Of a stretch of 64,000 bases of DNA, positions 12,501 to 25,300 are shown piece after piece (position 1 is the first letter of the stretch; each line of letters starts with the position of its first letter). This DNA comes from Bugula neritina (Eukaryota > Animalia > Bryozoa): positions 8,089,751 to 8,153,750 of the forward strand of contig OZ037773.1 of the NCBI GenBank assembly GCA_964035545.1, read 5' to 3'. Both the position numbers and the translations under genes were made by a program. The notes under the pieces were generated by a model. It saw nothing but the letters and a program-made list of their open reading frames with translations, was not told the DNA's origin and searched no databases.

Positions 12501-14094
12501 CCTGCATAAATTAAATCGCAGATGAAATATTTTTATTCTCCTATATTAAATAATAATAATGAGAATTACAAACATGTATTGATCTTTGCATCCTCTTTAT
12601 TTTTAGCTCATTTGAATTAAATCTTGCGTGTCAATTAAATAGTAACTTCTCACTTAATTTACAGCTATGATACCGGCATACGAGAATGACTATAATCACA
12701 AATTATTCATATGCCATAAAATTATTTTTCTCTTCATGTAAAAGTATGTATTATTTTCATACAAAGACTAATAGATATGATAACTGTAAGATACTCACCG
12801 TCTTCATAACGAGAAATAGCTAGTCTGTTGAGAGGTGTTTTAGCTGCACCATTCAGCGGGCGGTTAACATTATTACAAGTTCCATCAATAGTTCTAAAGC
12901 TAGTTGTTTGGTCACACTTCTTAGTGAGAAGAGCTGCGTATGGATTGACAACTAGAAATAGTATAGAGGTTAAAGTTGACAAAATAACATTTTAATACTG
13001 AGGCAATAATATAATTATACAAGTATTGTATTCAAGTAATGTCCATATTTAGTTGCTTTTGCTCTTCTTGGAGGTTTAGCTCCACAAAGCAGCGTAATGC
13101 AATACTATTAGATATTTTTAGCAGATAAAAATAATTATAGCAAACTCACGTGGTGGTCCAGGAGAAGGTGGGCCAGGTGGAGGTGGACCACTTGGAACTC
13201 TGTTGTAAAAGCATAATAAAGGTTATATTATAGTATGTGAACATGTTGATCTAGTAGCATAAATAACTGTTTAGTAAAAGGAACAGCTATTACTACTTTA
13301 TAAAAAGCACTTGGTAATAATTATATTTCTAGCTAGGCTTTACACAACAACTTTAATATTTTTTATTAATTTTAGCCAACCAGCTGAAGGCTAATCTTCT
13401 ATAGAATTGTTTTTGTTTTGTCAACAGTAGAGCTTTAAGTTTGTGTTTTAAATTTATTGTCAGCATTACAAAATCCTAATAATATATTGTTTACAAGTAT
13501 TTTTTCGTTTTGTATAAGCATTGCATTTAGCCTTAATGCATGCAGATGGCACAAGTAAACATTTGAAATTCTTTTTATTCTTTTTAAGCCATGCTACATA
13601 AACTTCTAAAGATAGAAAGCTGTGATTGTCACAATTTTAGCAACAAACATATATTTTATCCTGAAGACATGATTTGTTACCTTTTCTAGCCAAATTATGC
13701 TAAACTTTACCTAACTTCATAAAATAGAATGTGCTCCTAAGAGGCAATACTCACCGACTTAGCTGATCATATGCTACATTGGCCAGATTCTCTAAAGTAA
13801 AGTCTGTATCATCAGGAGGGCTGGCAGAGTTGTGCGCTCTGTGTCGTTTTCTGGACCTATTGGCCCTAAAATATTGAGAGTAAAACACGATGTGGTATCT
13901 CGCTCCATATGGTATATGGACTATTTTCGCGAAGTACTTTAGGATGAAGACACATAAAAAGAAGAGCTTGATTATGATATTAAAAGTTTTTACTTCATAG
14001 CAACAATGAAGGTAAGTAAAGCATTGTGTACTTACATTGGTGTAGTGACAGCTAAACTCAGGCAGAGAAGTAGAAAGACGTGTTTGTTGGCCAT
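6551..14094 (-). CDS. Secreted animal heme peroxidase, paralog A (peroxinectin/peroxidasin-like catalytic domain), 17 exons, ~647 aa
   Basis: Hand-assembled exons in transcription order: 14036-14094, 13755-13865, 13150-13199, 12799-12951, 12271-12466, 11669-11823, 11241-11359, 10766-10880, 10222-10319, 9793-9950, 9263-9390, 8959-9029, 8458-8552, 8112-8242, 7863-8000, 7336-7438, 6551-6614. Total 1944 nt, open frame, all introns GT-AG. Signal peptide [18 protein letters not shown]. Family motifs: RTIDGTCNN, distal GQFLDHD, Ca-binding [22 protein letters not shown], proximal [23 protein letters not shown]. Confidence 0.95.
6968..7315. repeat. 17-bp minisatellite (TGTAGGTAAGTATTTAA)n, ~20 copies, gene A intron 16
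   Basis: Direct reading; homogeneous core at ~7131-7260 with degenerate flanks. Confidence 0.95.
8700..8958. repeat. Degenerate ~35-40 bp tandem repeat, gene A intron 12
   Basis: Recurring GTATATATAAAGT..GGTAGTTA..TACTGT units up to the exon 12 donor. Confidence 0.55.
9140..9288. repeat. 43-bp perfect tandem repeat (~3.5 copies) spanning the gene A exon 11 donor
   Basis: AATTCAGTGTGTTGTAGGTATAATATATATAACCTACCATATG at 9140, 9183 and 9226, partial at 9269. Confidence 0.95.
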
Positions 14095-14199
14095 TTTCCT
14101 CTTCAGATTTATGGAGGTGCAATTACTGGTTCTGTATAAACTGTTAGTGCTGTCTTGTATGGAGCAGAGATAGAAGTCAACTGTATTGTATAGAGTTGA

Positions 14200-14239
14200 G
14201 ACTGCAAGTGATGTTTCTACATGCTGACTGCCGTTTATA
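14200..14239 (-). promoter_or_regulatory. Probable TATA box plus Inr-like core promoter of peroxidase A
   Basis: TATAAA on the minus strand at 14234-14239, with GCAGTC about 30 nt downstream (~14200-14205), about 110 nt before the ATG at 14094. Confidence 0.4.
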
Positions 14240-16360
14240 TTTGATCTGCTGATGTCACAATACTTACATAATTATATTGCTCAAGTTTTTAGCTGTGTAT
14301 TGTAAATATTATAATGTTCATACACATTAATGATAATGTCAACTTTAATGACTTGAGTAATTGAAATCTAACGTCAGAGTGCTGCGCATGAGCAGTCATG
14401 CTTAGCAATGCTCTGCTTGACTTTACAAATTAACCTCCATTTTTACTTTATACTTGACATTACACACATAAATCTCAACTATCTAGATTGATGTGACGCA
14501 GGGTGTGTTCACATGTCAAATGGAGAAGACGCCAATAAATAAAGATAAGCTGCTACAGTTAGCTAAAGTTAGCTTGTTTTGCTTTGCATGAGGTAACCAG
14601 GAGATTAGTGAAGCCATTCCTGGCATCTGTGGTTTCTGTCTGGTGGATAGAGTTTGCATTACGCAGTTTATGTGAAGCCATAAAAAGTATTTTTGTTGCA
14701 TTTGCTGATCCACCCTTTTTTAAACATTGACTGAACGTTTATGAGAAAAAATTTATCTTTGTGAAAAAAGTGCCAGCAAGTAAAAACTTCTGCTTTTTAG
14801 CAAAAAATATTTTTTTGGGGAAGAAAAAGAATTATATGAAAGCTGATTATGTAATATTTTTAGAAACTCATCATTTCAGTAAGAAATTGAAGAAAGCAGT
14901 AAGTGTACATTGCACGCTAAATTAAGCTTGAGAGAGACAATAGTAGGTATTATTAGGGTATTCTTATATACGTACATTTTTAGCTAGTAGTTGGAGAGAT
15001 AACAATAAATTTCTAAATCCTTCTATACTCAGAACCTCAATATAAAGTGTTTGAAATCCGTTATAACTGTCAGTTTACTAAGTACAGCCATCAAAATATG
15101 ATACAATTAGGATTTACTCGCAAAACTTCAACATAAATTAGTATATGACTATTTGACAGACCAAAAAACCTATAATTAAATGCTATTAAAAATTAAGCTC
15201 CTTACTTTATAGGTTTGTGGTTCATAGGCTGTTTTTAAAAGGAAAATATTACTGGCTTTAGCTTTGACGTTGAGCAAGTAGCTAAGTTAAGTAAAAAGAT
15301 CATATTTGCTATTTGCTATCAGAAACACAGCTGTTGAGAGTTAATTAGGCATCTAAAGATGTTTATTTATTGCAGCAAACGTAATTAAGTAGAAATTTAA
15401 CTTAAAATTAAATGAATATAATATGCCTAATGAACATATGTATGTAAATTTCACCCATGCATTTAAGAGTTGAAGCATAGAATGAAACTAAACAGTCAGT
15501 ATAATGCGTCTACATTGTTTAGAGTTGTTAGTTTTTATTAAAAAGCAGAATTGAACTTGTCTTTCGCAAGAAAGTGTGTTGAAATTTTGTTCAGAGATGA
15601 CCTCATGTTATAGTCTCAATTCTTTTTAGATATGCTTGTACAAGCACCAGCTAAAGTTTGTTGTATAAATTAAATAAATTTATAAATTAAATAAATTTAT
15701 AAATTAAATAAAAATAGTATATACAGTAGTTTTTAACATCTGTTACGTAAACAGTTGTATAGCAGAGTTGCACCATTCTGCATGCTTGCTATTTGTTGTT
15801 TATTTCTCTATTCAATTATTTTGCAATATCCTCAGCAATTTAATCATTATCCACAATGAATATATTACTATATTGATTTTCATTCAATTTATTTCCTATT
15901 TTGATTTTTTGAATACCTTTTGCTGTGTGTTCTGAGTTTTTTCTCTTTTCTAGGTTAGTTACTTGCACATGTAGTATATAGTAGGTTGCTCTGTATTAAC
16001 AATTATTTCATCTGCATCTGTATGATTATTAATTATTCATGCATGCAAGAAGGTGGGTATAGATTCAAGAACAAAGACATGGATAGTAACCTATAAAACA
16101 TGATATTATATTTTATAACTTCAATACCAAAAAAATCTTACTTCCCTGAAAACACCAAAAAATTATGTCACTAATATCAGCATCAACAATAAAATATATG
16201 AACAATGTATCAACAGTTATTCCATTATTTCCTTTTCTATATCAAATATGTAATAAATGCCACACCACTAAAATACAATTTTATTTAAAATGGAGAACAA
16301 CAGCAAACACTAGTTACAGCAATTGAAGTATTAAACTGTAGAAAATATTGCTTCTATTGT

Positions 16361-19300
16361 CTAATAGCTAGGGCTGAAAAATTTTGATCGAATGTTCATG
16401 GGAGGTAGATTAAAGTTGAAAGGTCTGAATCTGAAGGGGTTTCTTGTGCCACGTGGTGTATGTATGGGGCCGGAAAATGGTCGAGGGTGAGCAGATCCTT
16501 CTCTCCAATGGTTTAGGTTCAACTTGGGGATGGTGTCACAGCGAACTGGTGGGTTACTGCAATAATAGAATATATAATTACTATCATGCACTTCTTAGGA
16601 TGGCCTGCTTAGTGTACTTAGTCACATGTGATAATTGTCACTAACTCTAACGCTATATTGTAACTAATCTCAACAGTTCAAATATTATACACGTGATATC
16701 TAAAATATAAAACATAAAAGTCATCTTAAATACAAGAAATAGAGCAAACAGCTATAGAAAACACCTGCTTTAATTGATATGCAAAATTTAGAGTCAAAGT
16801 TACATCTCAAATATAAAGTTTAGAGCACATTAAATACTTCAAGTATATAAAATATGAAATATATATGCAACATGCAAGATTTTAGAAACTAATATAAATA
16901 TAAATATATCTTACGTTGGTCCCTCAGCTTTGATCAGTTGTTTGCGAACTCTGGCGTTTGGTACATGCTCGCAAAACAATGTGGAAAACGTGACTTTTCG
17001 AATTTCAGCCAACTGAGCTAGTAACAAAAGTTGAAATTGAATCAATAAAAATTTAAAGCTATGTACAAATTCACAAACTAAAGAAGTTTTTAAATCTAAC
17101 CGTAGATATATTATACTAGCTATGCAAGTATAAAAAAGTGATAGTAGCGTAGGAAACAGGCCATAATTTGTTAGAAGTTCCATCATGAATTTATAATTCT
17201 TATTGGATGCTACATGTCTGGTGTATAGGCAATGAAGCATATGACCTTCACAATGTTTGCTTTATGCTATGATAAGACCTGAGCAAATGGGAAGCAGAAT
17301 GTAGTTCATTTTTCACATCATTTGTTTGGCATGTGAGTGTAACAATTATATTCACAATAGAACACTTCTGGCACTTACCATCAGTGAATCCAATTTTCTG
17401 GTCTGTAGTCTCATGCCAGAACCTGTCACCATATCTCAGCTTCTTGAACTGCATGGCAATGATGTGAGCAAACGTCTCTCCTACAACTCCTCCAGGTACA
17501 GGCGTTTCTGTCATACCTGTCAGGTACACGATTATGTTACCACGGTGAGGGTTTGACAACTAGTGTGTTTATTGGCAACTAACAAACAGTGCATTAAGAT
17601 GGTCTGGCAGCCATATTGTAATCCAGCATAGACACACTTTTTACAGAGCACAAGGAATTTGATGTTTCAATAGAGAACAATTAGTAATAGAGCACAAGTC
17701 TTAGTATTAGCTACACTTTCTCAAAGTAGAAAACTACAATATTAACTGAGCTCTCTTTCTCTCAGGAGAAGGAAGATTGCTGCTTCATAAAAATTACCTC
17801 CTGGAAAAGCCTCAATATCCTCCGAATGTGGGTAGATTTTCTTGAAGTCATTGACCATAGTCAGAGAGTGAGTGCTGCCAACCATAGCATTCCAGTCTGT
17901 GTAGACATGTAACCTGAGTGCCCTCCTAAAAGAGTGGTAACGTTTGTTAGCTATTGAATCAAAATTTATAGAGTCACTATTTAGTAATAAGTTTATATAG
18001 CTGTCATCATTTATAAAGTGGCTACTGTCTTATTTTAAATAGCAACCCATAGTTTCTTCTTTTTCAAAACCATAAGCCAAAATAAGTTTTAATAAAGTCT
18101 CTGTGCTTTAGTCTGTAGTTAGTATACAGAAAGGAAAACATTTTCTGTTTAAAGCGAATAATTCATATTGACTACTATTTCACCCAGTTGCTACAATTAC
18201 TCTATGCGGTTACTGCTTTATGTATTTGATAATAATCGTCGACCTCCGACTTCCTTAATGATGTTTTCTACTAAGATTTACTACTTTACTAACCTGATAT
18301 CATTGTAGCTGCTAATACCATGATCTCTTGCTCTTTGAACATTGAATGATACGAGGTCCATTTCCATTCCAAACAATTCATTCCTCACCTATAAGAAATA
18401 ACCAAACATCTATTATCATAAATGGTGGTCTAGACACTCTGACTTTCACTGCGTTGCTATTCCTCCACATTATATGGATGCTCAATGAATTTGTAGTTGT
18501 GGTTTGCATTAACTTAAGGTTGCGGTTGTTGCAACCATTTTCAAACATCAATTAAAAAATTCATTTGTATAAATGTGAAACTTGGAAATCTAGTGAATAT
18601 CGCCTGGTGATCCCATAGAAGAGTGCCAAATTAACTTTCTCAAAAGCCAGTGAAACCAATCTTGATCATTAGTACGAACAGCATGTGAATAATATAGTAT
18701 ATAGCCTAGTGGCTGAAACATCTATATGATTGGGTCAATGTTCTATTTTTAGACGTTGTTGTGATACTCTAGGGCATCTGTTAAGAGTGTTCAGGCTATG
18801 AAGCAATCCTTTAGAACTCACTGAATGAAATGCAAGTCAATGAGGCATGACATCGTATGATGTCATATGTAGGTTACTAACTGGGACTATTTTAAATATA
18901 AATCTGCAAAATAACAAAATATTTGTTCTACTAAAGTTTATAATGATGTCAATGTAACTGTTACACCACATGTTTTGATTAATACACGTATTGCTACGCA
19001 CTTTTGACTTGTGTCATAATATAATGCAAATTGAAACTTTAGCTTGAACTTCCAACTATTGAAACTTTTGATCTGTGAATTGGGAATTGCAAGTTCCCAG
19101 GCTAGAGTTTGTGTAATGTATGTCAAAAATTGATAATTCTTACTCCTTTGGTGACGAATCTGTCACAGGCTTCAATTCTGTCGGAAATAACACCTCGAAG
19201 CATGCCATTCGTACCTAAAAGCAAAGAATATAATGACTGTTTGCATGAAATATCAACTAGTGGTATATTCAGTGTATTCAAGCTGCTTATAGTAAGAGTT

Positions 19301-22300
19301 GTAACCTAATTTACTGGAGCTATACGAGGGCACAACTCCTTTACAGCTCTGTCAAATCCTACTGTCTGCTTTTGTACAAATTGGATTAGGTACATAAAAA
19401 TTTTATAATTAAAATCCGTTCAAATTAGAACAAGAAAAAATGCAAAAACTATGTGTTGTTGACTTTTTCATGAATAAATTTTATAATTCTAATTTAAATT
19501 TACTTTATTTTAAAATTAAATTTCAAAAGAAAAGGAGTTGTCCTAACAATGTTATAATAGAGTAGAAATGATCTTAAGCAAAAAAGATTCTATAAATCTT
19601 AATACTTATTTATATTTTCAGACTTTTTAAACTATGAAACTAATTATAAGTAAATGAAATTGGTTTATTTTTAGTAAAATATTATAATTATCAAAGTTAT
19701 CAAGTTTTACACATAGTTGGTCAAATTCTTCTTACCGTATCTCTCTGTAGTTTTATAAGCCTCGAATATGTTTTCGAGATCCAAATGGTGGCCAGAGTGA
19801 CTGAAGGTCTGTCTTATCAGAGAGTGCCCAAATCGAAATGCGACAGAAGAAAACTCTGTCCTACAGGATAAAAATGTTTGTCACAATCTGTAGCCTAATG
19901 CAAGCCCTACACATCATAGAGTTGACTTCGATCAATAAACTAACAGACTATAACTTGGCAAATTGTTAACAGGATCTAAAAAGAAATGAAACTCAATGTA
20001 AATTTCACTCTTATAATAATTAGTACTTCTAGACACTTATTTTTCATCACAGTTGTCTTGTAATAACCAATCAGAAACAGGCTTACAACACTGATGTGTC
20101 CTCGTGAGGCGAATAGCGATAGAATCGTCTTCTCCCTTCCTCAAGTTCGAGTCCATACTGTCTCATGTGTCTTGGTCCAAGAACCACAGGCAGGAACTCC
20201 TTGTAAGTAATTCTCTGTATTATGGCCCCAACAATCTTCCTTGTGGTCTATTGAATATATTCATGTGAATATTTATTATTTTAGTTGTCTTTTAGAGGTT
20301 AGTTAGATTCACACTTTTCTGTTTTGTCGTTGGTAATGAAAACAGAGTTAGCATGTCAGGCTAATTGACTTACTTAGGTGTAAAGTTGCATATTTTATAC
20401 CTTATAGTTGGTGCATACTTTATAGTTATGCTAAAATTTGATTGTAGGACTAAATAGCTTTATTTTATGAGCATATATATTCTCAAGTTACCAACACTTG
20501 TGATAACTGAGACTATTTGAAAACCCATGCATAAAAATCTTATGTTTGAAGATGGCAATTCTGACAATTTATTGACTATATTATCCAGGATTATAAATAT
20601 CAAATAGCACTTTCAATGTCAAACTTCACGTTCTGATTGTCTGTGAAGGAATTTTCACTCTTTAAAGAATTTCTGGCTATATACATTAATCATGGAAATT
20701 GAAATGAGTTACACATCCCTGTTTACACTATTACTAGCCTTTATTTGATGGTAATATTAGAATCTTCTTGTATTACTGCAAGCCTTGGTTCTAAAAGTTT
20801 AGACACCATTTAGCAGCAAATATGAACAAACCTGGTATAATCGCTCATCAGACCAGTGAGAGTTCATTTTTTCTAGAACGGAGGCTATTTTGTTGTGAGT
20901 TCGAAGTAGGAGTGTATGTATACTAGTGAGACCAGCTGTAAGAAATAGAAAGTTATGGCTTATTATATATAAACATAATATTAGAATGATATCTATTACT
21001 CATATATGTAAGCAAATGTTGTGCATATACATATGACATAAACATGTAAGTATATAGTGTGAGTGTTACTCGTATAAGCATGTGTTCTTATACAGTGTAT
21101 GCATCATCAATATAAGCATGTATACATATGTGTATAGTAGCATCAATGTAAACACCATACGAACATATAGGCTAATAGATTGAAGTAAATTATTCTTTAG
21201 TACAAGGCAATTTATTTAATTGTCTAAATGCATTAAATTCCCTGACATAAACTTGCTTTTTAAGAAGATAATTTAAGCTCATGTTGATATCAGACATTCT
21301 GTGTTGGGGATTTGAGTTTCTGCAGCTCTATTAGACAGTATGACTAGTTGGTAAATCGTTTGTTGCAACTGACAAACGTGGAGGTGATGAGGAAATTAGA
21401 CGGACATAAAAACCAACATTGTCTGATACAGAAAACTGGAAATTAAAGGGAAGGTCATTATTTAATATCAAATGGATTGATGAAAAGTTAGACAATGTTT
21501 AACAAATGACATCAGTAAAGAAACTGCACTGTAATGGTTGTGATTATTAATAGCACCGGCTGTAAGCAAATAATTTCATACCAAAATGTTCGGCACTGAA
21601 GGTGATACACTGTAAACTATATGAGAGTTTATATGATGGACTGTGTCCTGTTTTGAAGGCATACAGTGGTAACCTTTGCTAAGTATGAGTCAGTTTGGCA
21701 GCGTTACCTACCTTGTTCACTGTTTCTCACATCTCCAGCAGCGTAGCGGCACTCCTGCCCGCTGTGGAAGCAGTCTCGTGGGTTGCCATTCTCGTCTGGA
21801 AGTATCTCCTCATTTCTTGAAAGCTTCATAAAGTATAGCAGACATTAGATGAATGTGTAATAATGGCGGTGTGGTAAAAAATTCACAGTCATAAAAAATT
21901 AACAATTAGTCTTTTAGTATAAATGTAATGTGTACATGCTGTATTGTATGGTAATTTTTACCTGGTGTTTAGGCAAAAAACACTCTCAAATATGCGCAAT
22001 TAATAGTTTTAGCCAAAGTGTGGCAGTTACAGGCTCGGTAGTGAAATATTTTGATAAATCACATATTCCTGTACATTTTTATATTGTGCTGGTATTGAAT
22101 ATAATAATATATTTAACACTTGTGTTATTTATAAACAGGAAACCAGTAAAATTGAATGTGCTGTCAACGAGTAGAGAAAATAGAATGATGTGCCAGATGT
22201 TGTGGAGATATATTTCATTACCTGTCAATCCAAAGGCTTTATTATTTCAACTAATATATTGTATATAATGAGCATGTTATAGAGTTTATATCTGCCAGTG

Positions 22301-25300
22301 TATAGAGACATTAGGCTGCTGTAGATTCAATTAGTCATTTTTCATATTGAATAACTTTGCTTTTTGTTATACTAACAGGCAAATTTACTCATTTCTACAT
22401 TTTTTTATTTGAATTGAATTTATTTTATAAACTTTGTGACAATCACATTATTAGCATTGAGTAAGAGATTTTACGGAGTTGTCTTACTTTATACAGCTGA
22501 GCTTAGAAAATTGTAAGTTAGAATTAAAAAGTACTGCAAATTGTGATAAGGTTAATTGTGGGCTTCAAGCTGAGGCAATCTATCAAGAGTTAATAAACTG
22601 GAAGACCAAAGAGATTTTGCACTAACAACACAAAGTATGAACTTTAAAAACATTTTCAACTAGCATATATAATTTATTTCTCAAAAATATAGCAAGTAGC
22701 AGAAAATCGTAATCTTGCCCAATTAATTTCTTAATGCTTCCTTTTTTAAAGATTTAAGTTTTTTGCATATGATTGCCACAAAACCAATATAAACGGATTA
22801 AAACTGAAATAGATTAAGCTGATGTTAGTTGATAACTTAATCCCTTTAAAATAAAATTTATGGAAGGAAATATTACTCATTAAAACCATTCCTAATTAGT
22901 TTATGGGAATTAAAAGCGTGCTCGGGTATTAGCATGATAAATAGCATACCTTAGAAAGAAGTTTTCCACCTTTGAAGCTTCTCAGCACATCTGACTTAAG
23001 TTTAGTGCTGCCATACACCATTGAGCCATCAATAAATGAGGTCAGATCATTCATCTGGTATCTCAGAACTGTAAGACGACTCCAAACATGTAAAAACTCA
23101 GAAATTGCAACATGTTAAAGATTTTTGATAAAATTTCAACTGCTCATGCATTTTACTGCTGCATTCATTTTAACAGTAATTAATTTATGTTTTTTCATTA
23201 AAAAAATGTTATTGGTGAAAAGTTTGAAATATACTAATTTTAACTAAATCATTATTTTGTGAACTGCAAAAGTATAATGCACAACTTGAGAATATCAACA
23301 TTTTTGGAACCTTTCAATAAAGTATCATTTAATCTTACATAATGACTTGAAATAATACTTTCTTATATAACACTATCGTTCCCTGTTTAATACTCATGAA
23401 GTTTTAAACTATACAACTGAAGTTCAGCAGACTGCATGCTCTATAATATCATGAGAAATTGGTAGAATGGGAAAATCTGTTTTAAATTTCATTTAGTTGT
23501 GAGTTTTGCTAGTTTTAAATTAGGTTTCTTGAAGTTTATAATAAAACTGAGCAGATAAACATCTAGATATTTTCAGGGTTCCTGTTTTTGGCAATCACAC
23601 TTGACTGGAATGGTAATCTGATAGCATGCCATTTCCTATACACTACCGGTTTGTATCTATTATAAGTATAGAACATGTAAATCACATTAACCAATGCATT
23701 GTGGCTGATATTATACAGGTAAACGTAGATGTTGAATATTAATTTAGCTTCATTTGCTAAGCAAGTATTGTCAGATTCTCACCCACTATAAGTTTATACT
23801 ATTGTTACTTTGTTATGAAGGAACTGTGAGAAAAACCTGTAAACGTGCCAATTCAGCTTTTCAAGTAAACAAGGCTTTGTGTTTTGAATAATTGCTATAA
23901 GAGGTTTGGTTTAACGTCTAGTATAAAATATAGATGTCACCAGAAAAAAAGTTAAAAAACTAGACACAAAATATGTTACCAATCTTAGTAGTTTATCAAC
24001 TACATATAATCATTGTATCATTAAGCAATCTTGCATTTGCATAAAAATTAGTTTTTGAATAAAAATTACTATAACCCAGCAAATAGTATTCATAGCCTAC
24101 GCTTCTCTAAATTTCTAAATATAAATATAATGATGCATCTTGTGGTATGCAATGTGCCCTATGAGTAGATTGCTGAAAGACGCCCTGATACATTTTATTC
24201 TAGGTTAGACGACACTATTTTCTTTATCAATTTATTAAACAGGTTAGCATAGTCTGTTAAACAGCATGTAAAGTATGTTAAAAATATAAAAAAATTTACA
24301 TAAAGATGTTTGTACTTTTCCTTGTCAATTAATTTGTACTTTGTTAGTGCGTTCAGAAGGTAGTAGATATTGTTATATAGATAAAGATTTGTACAGATGC
24401 AAAGTTATGTATAGACAGAGTTTTATATGTTTTATATATGTTTGTATAGAGATAGAGTTATATAGAAGTAGTGTTACAGCAAGAATGTTAAATAGAAACA
24501 ACTGTACTGCATGGTTCTGAAGTGAAATAAAAGAACAAATCTTCTACTAACCTGGTTGATTAGGAAGGCCAGGAATTGGAGCTGAACGCAGGAATGGAAT
24601 ACATCCTCGTCTGTAGACAGGGTCATAGGAGGTGGAGATGGGAAAACATTCATGGAGGTTGTCGGTGTTTGACAGGAATTCACAGCATCTTGTCCTGAAA
24701 CATACAGGTGTTACTTTAAACTAAGCCTTCTCTTTTCATATTGATATCAACTGAGCAGTTTTAGTAGTCTAACAGTAAGAATGCTGGTCTAGCATGAACA
24801 TGAGTGTATATATACTGCATTCTGTGCTACGGAAAGGGAAGGGTGTCCTATCAGCCTGTGCAAATACTGCTTGCAATGTAGGAAATTAGGTGAAGAAAAT
24901 TTTGTGATAAACTAAGAAATTTAAAGAAATCATTTCATGAACTCACGCAAGTTAATAGTTGCCATCCCAGTGAGAAAACCCCTGATGAAAAAGGTTTTTG
25001 TTAGATTGGGCTAAGGACTTATTCAGATAGGGCACAGGAGCAATTATGACTGGATGCTCTTCCTAACACCACCAATTGCCTATACTAGGGTTCGAACCCA
25101 TGACTTAGTGTTCACTAAGCCAAATTCTCTAACCCCTAGACCATGGCTGCTCCTCAATGAGTCTAAAGACATCTTTATAATATTTCTACTAATGTTTTTA
25201 TGTACTGCAACATCACACAATATACAAGTAGTTATGGTAAGAAAACTTAAATCATCTTCAATTGAATAAAGAGATGTCTCATGTTCCTTTAGTGCAATTA

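Noticed and set aside
25080-25152. tRNA gene (also 35727-35800 and 37552-37625)
   Set aside because: A/B boxes are present but stems do not pair into a cloverleaf; two of the three continue into a shared SINE body.
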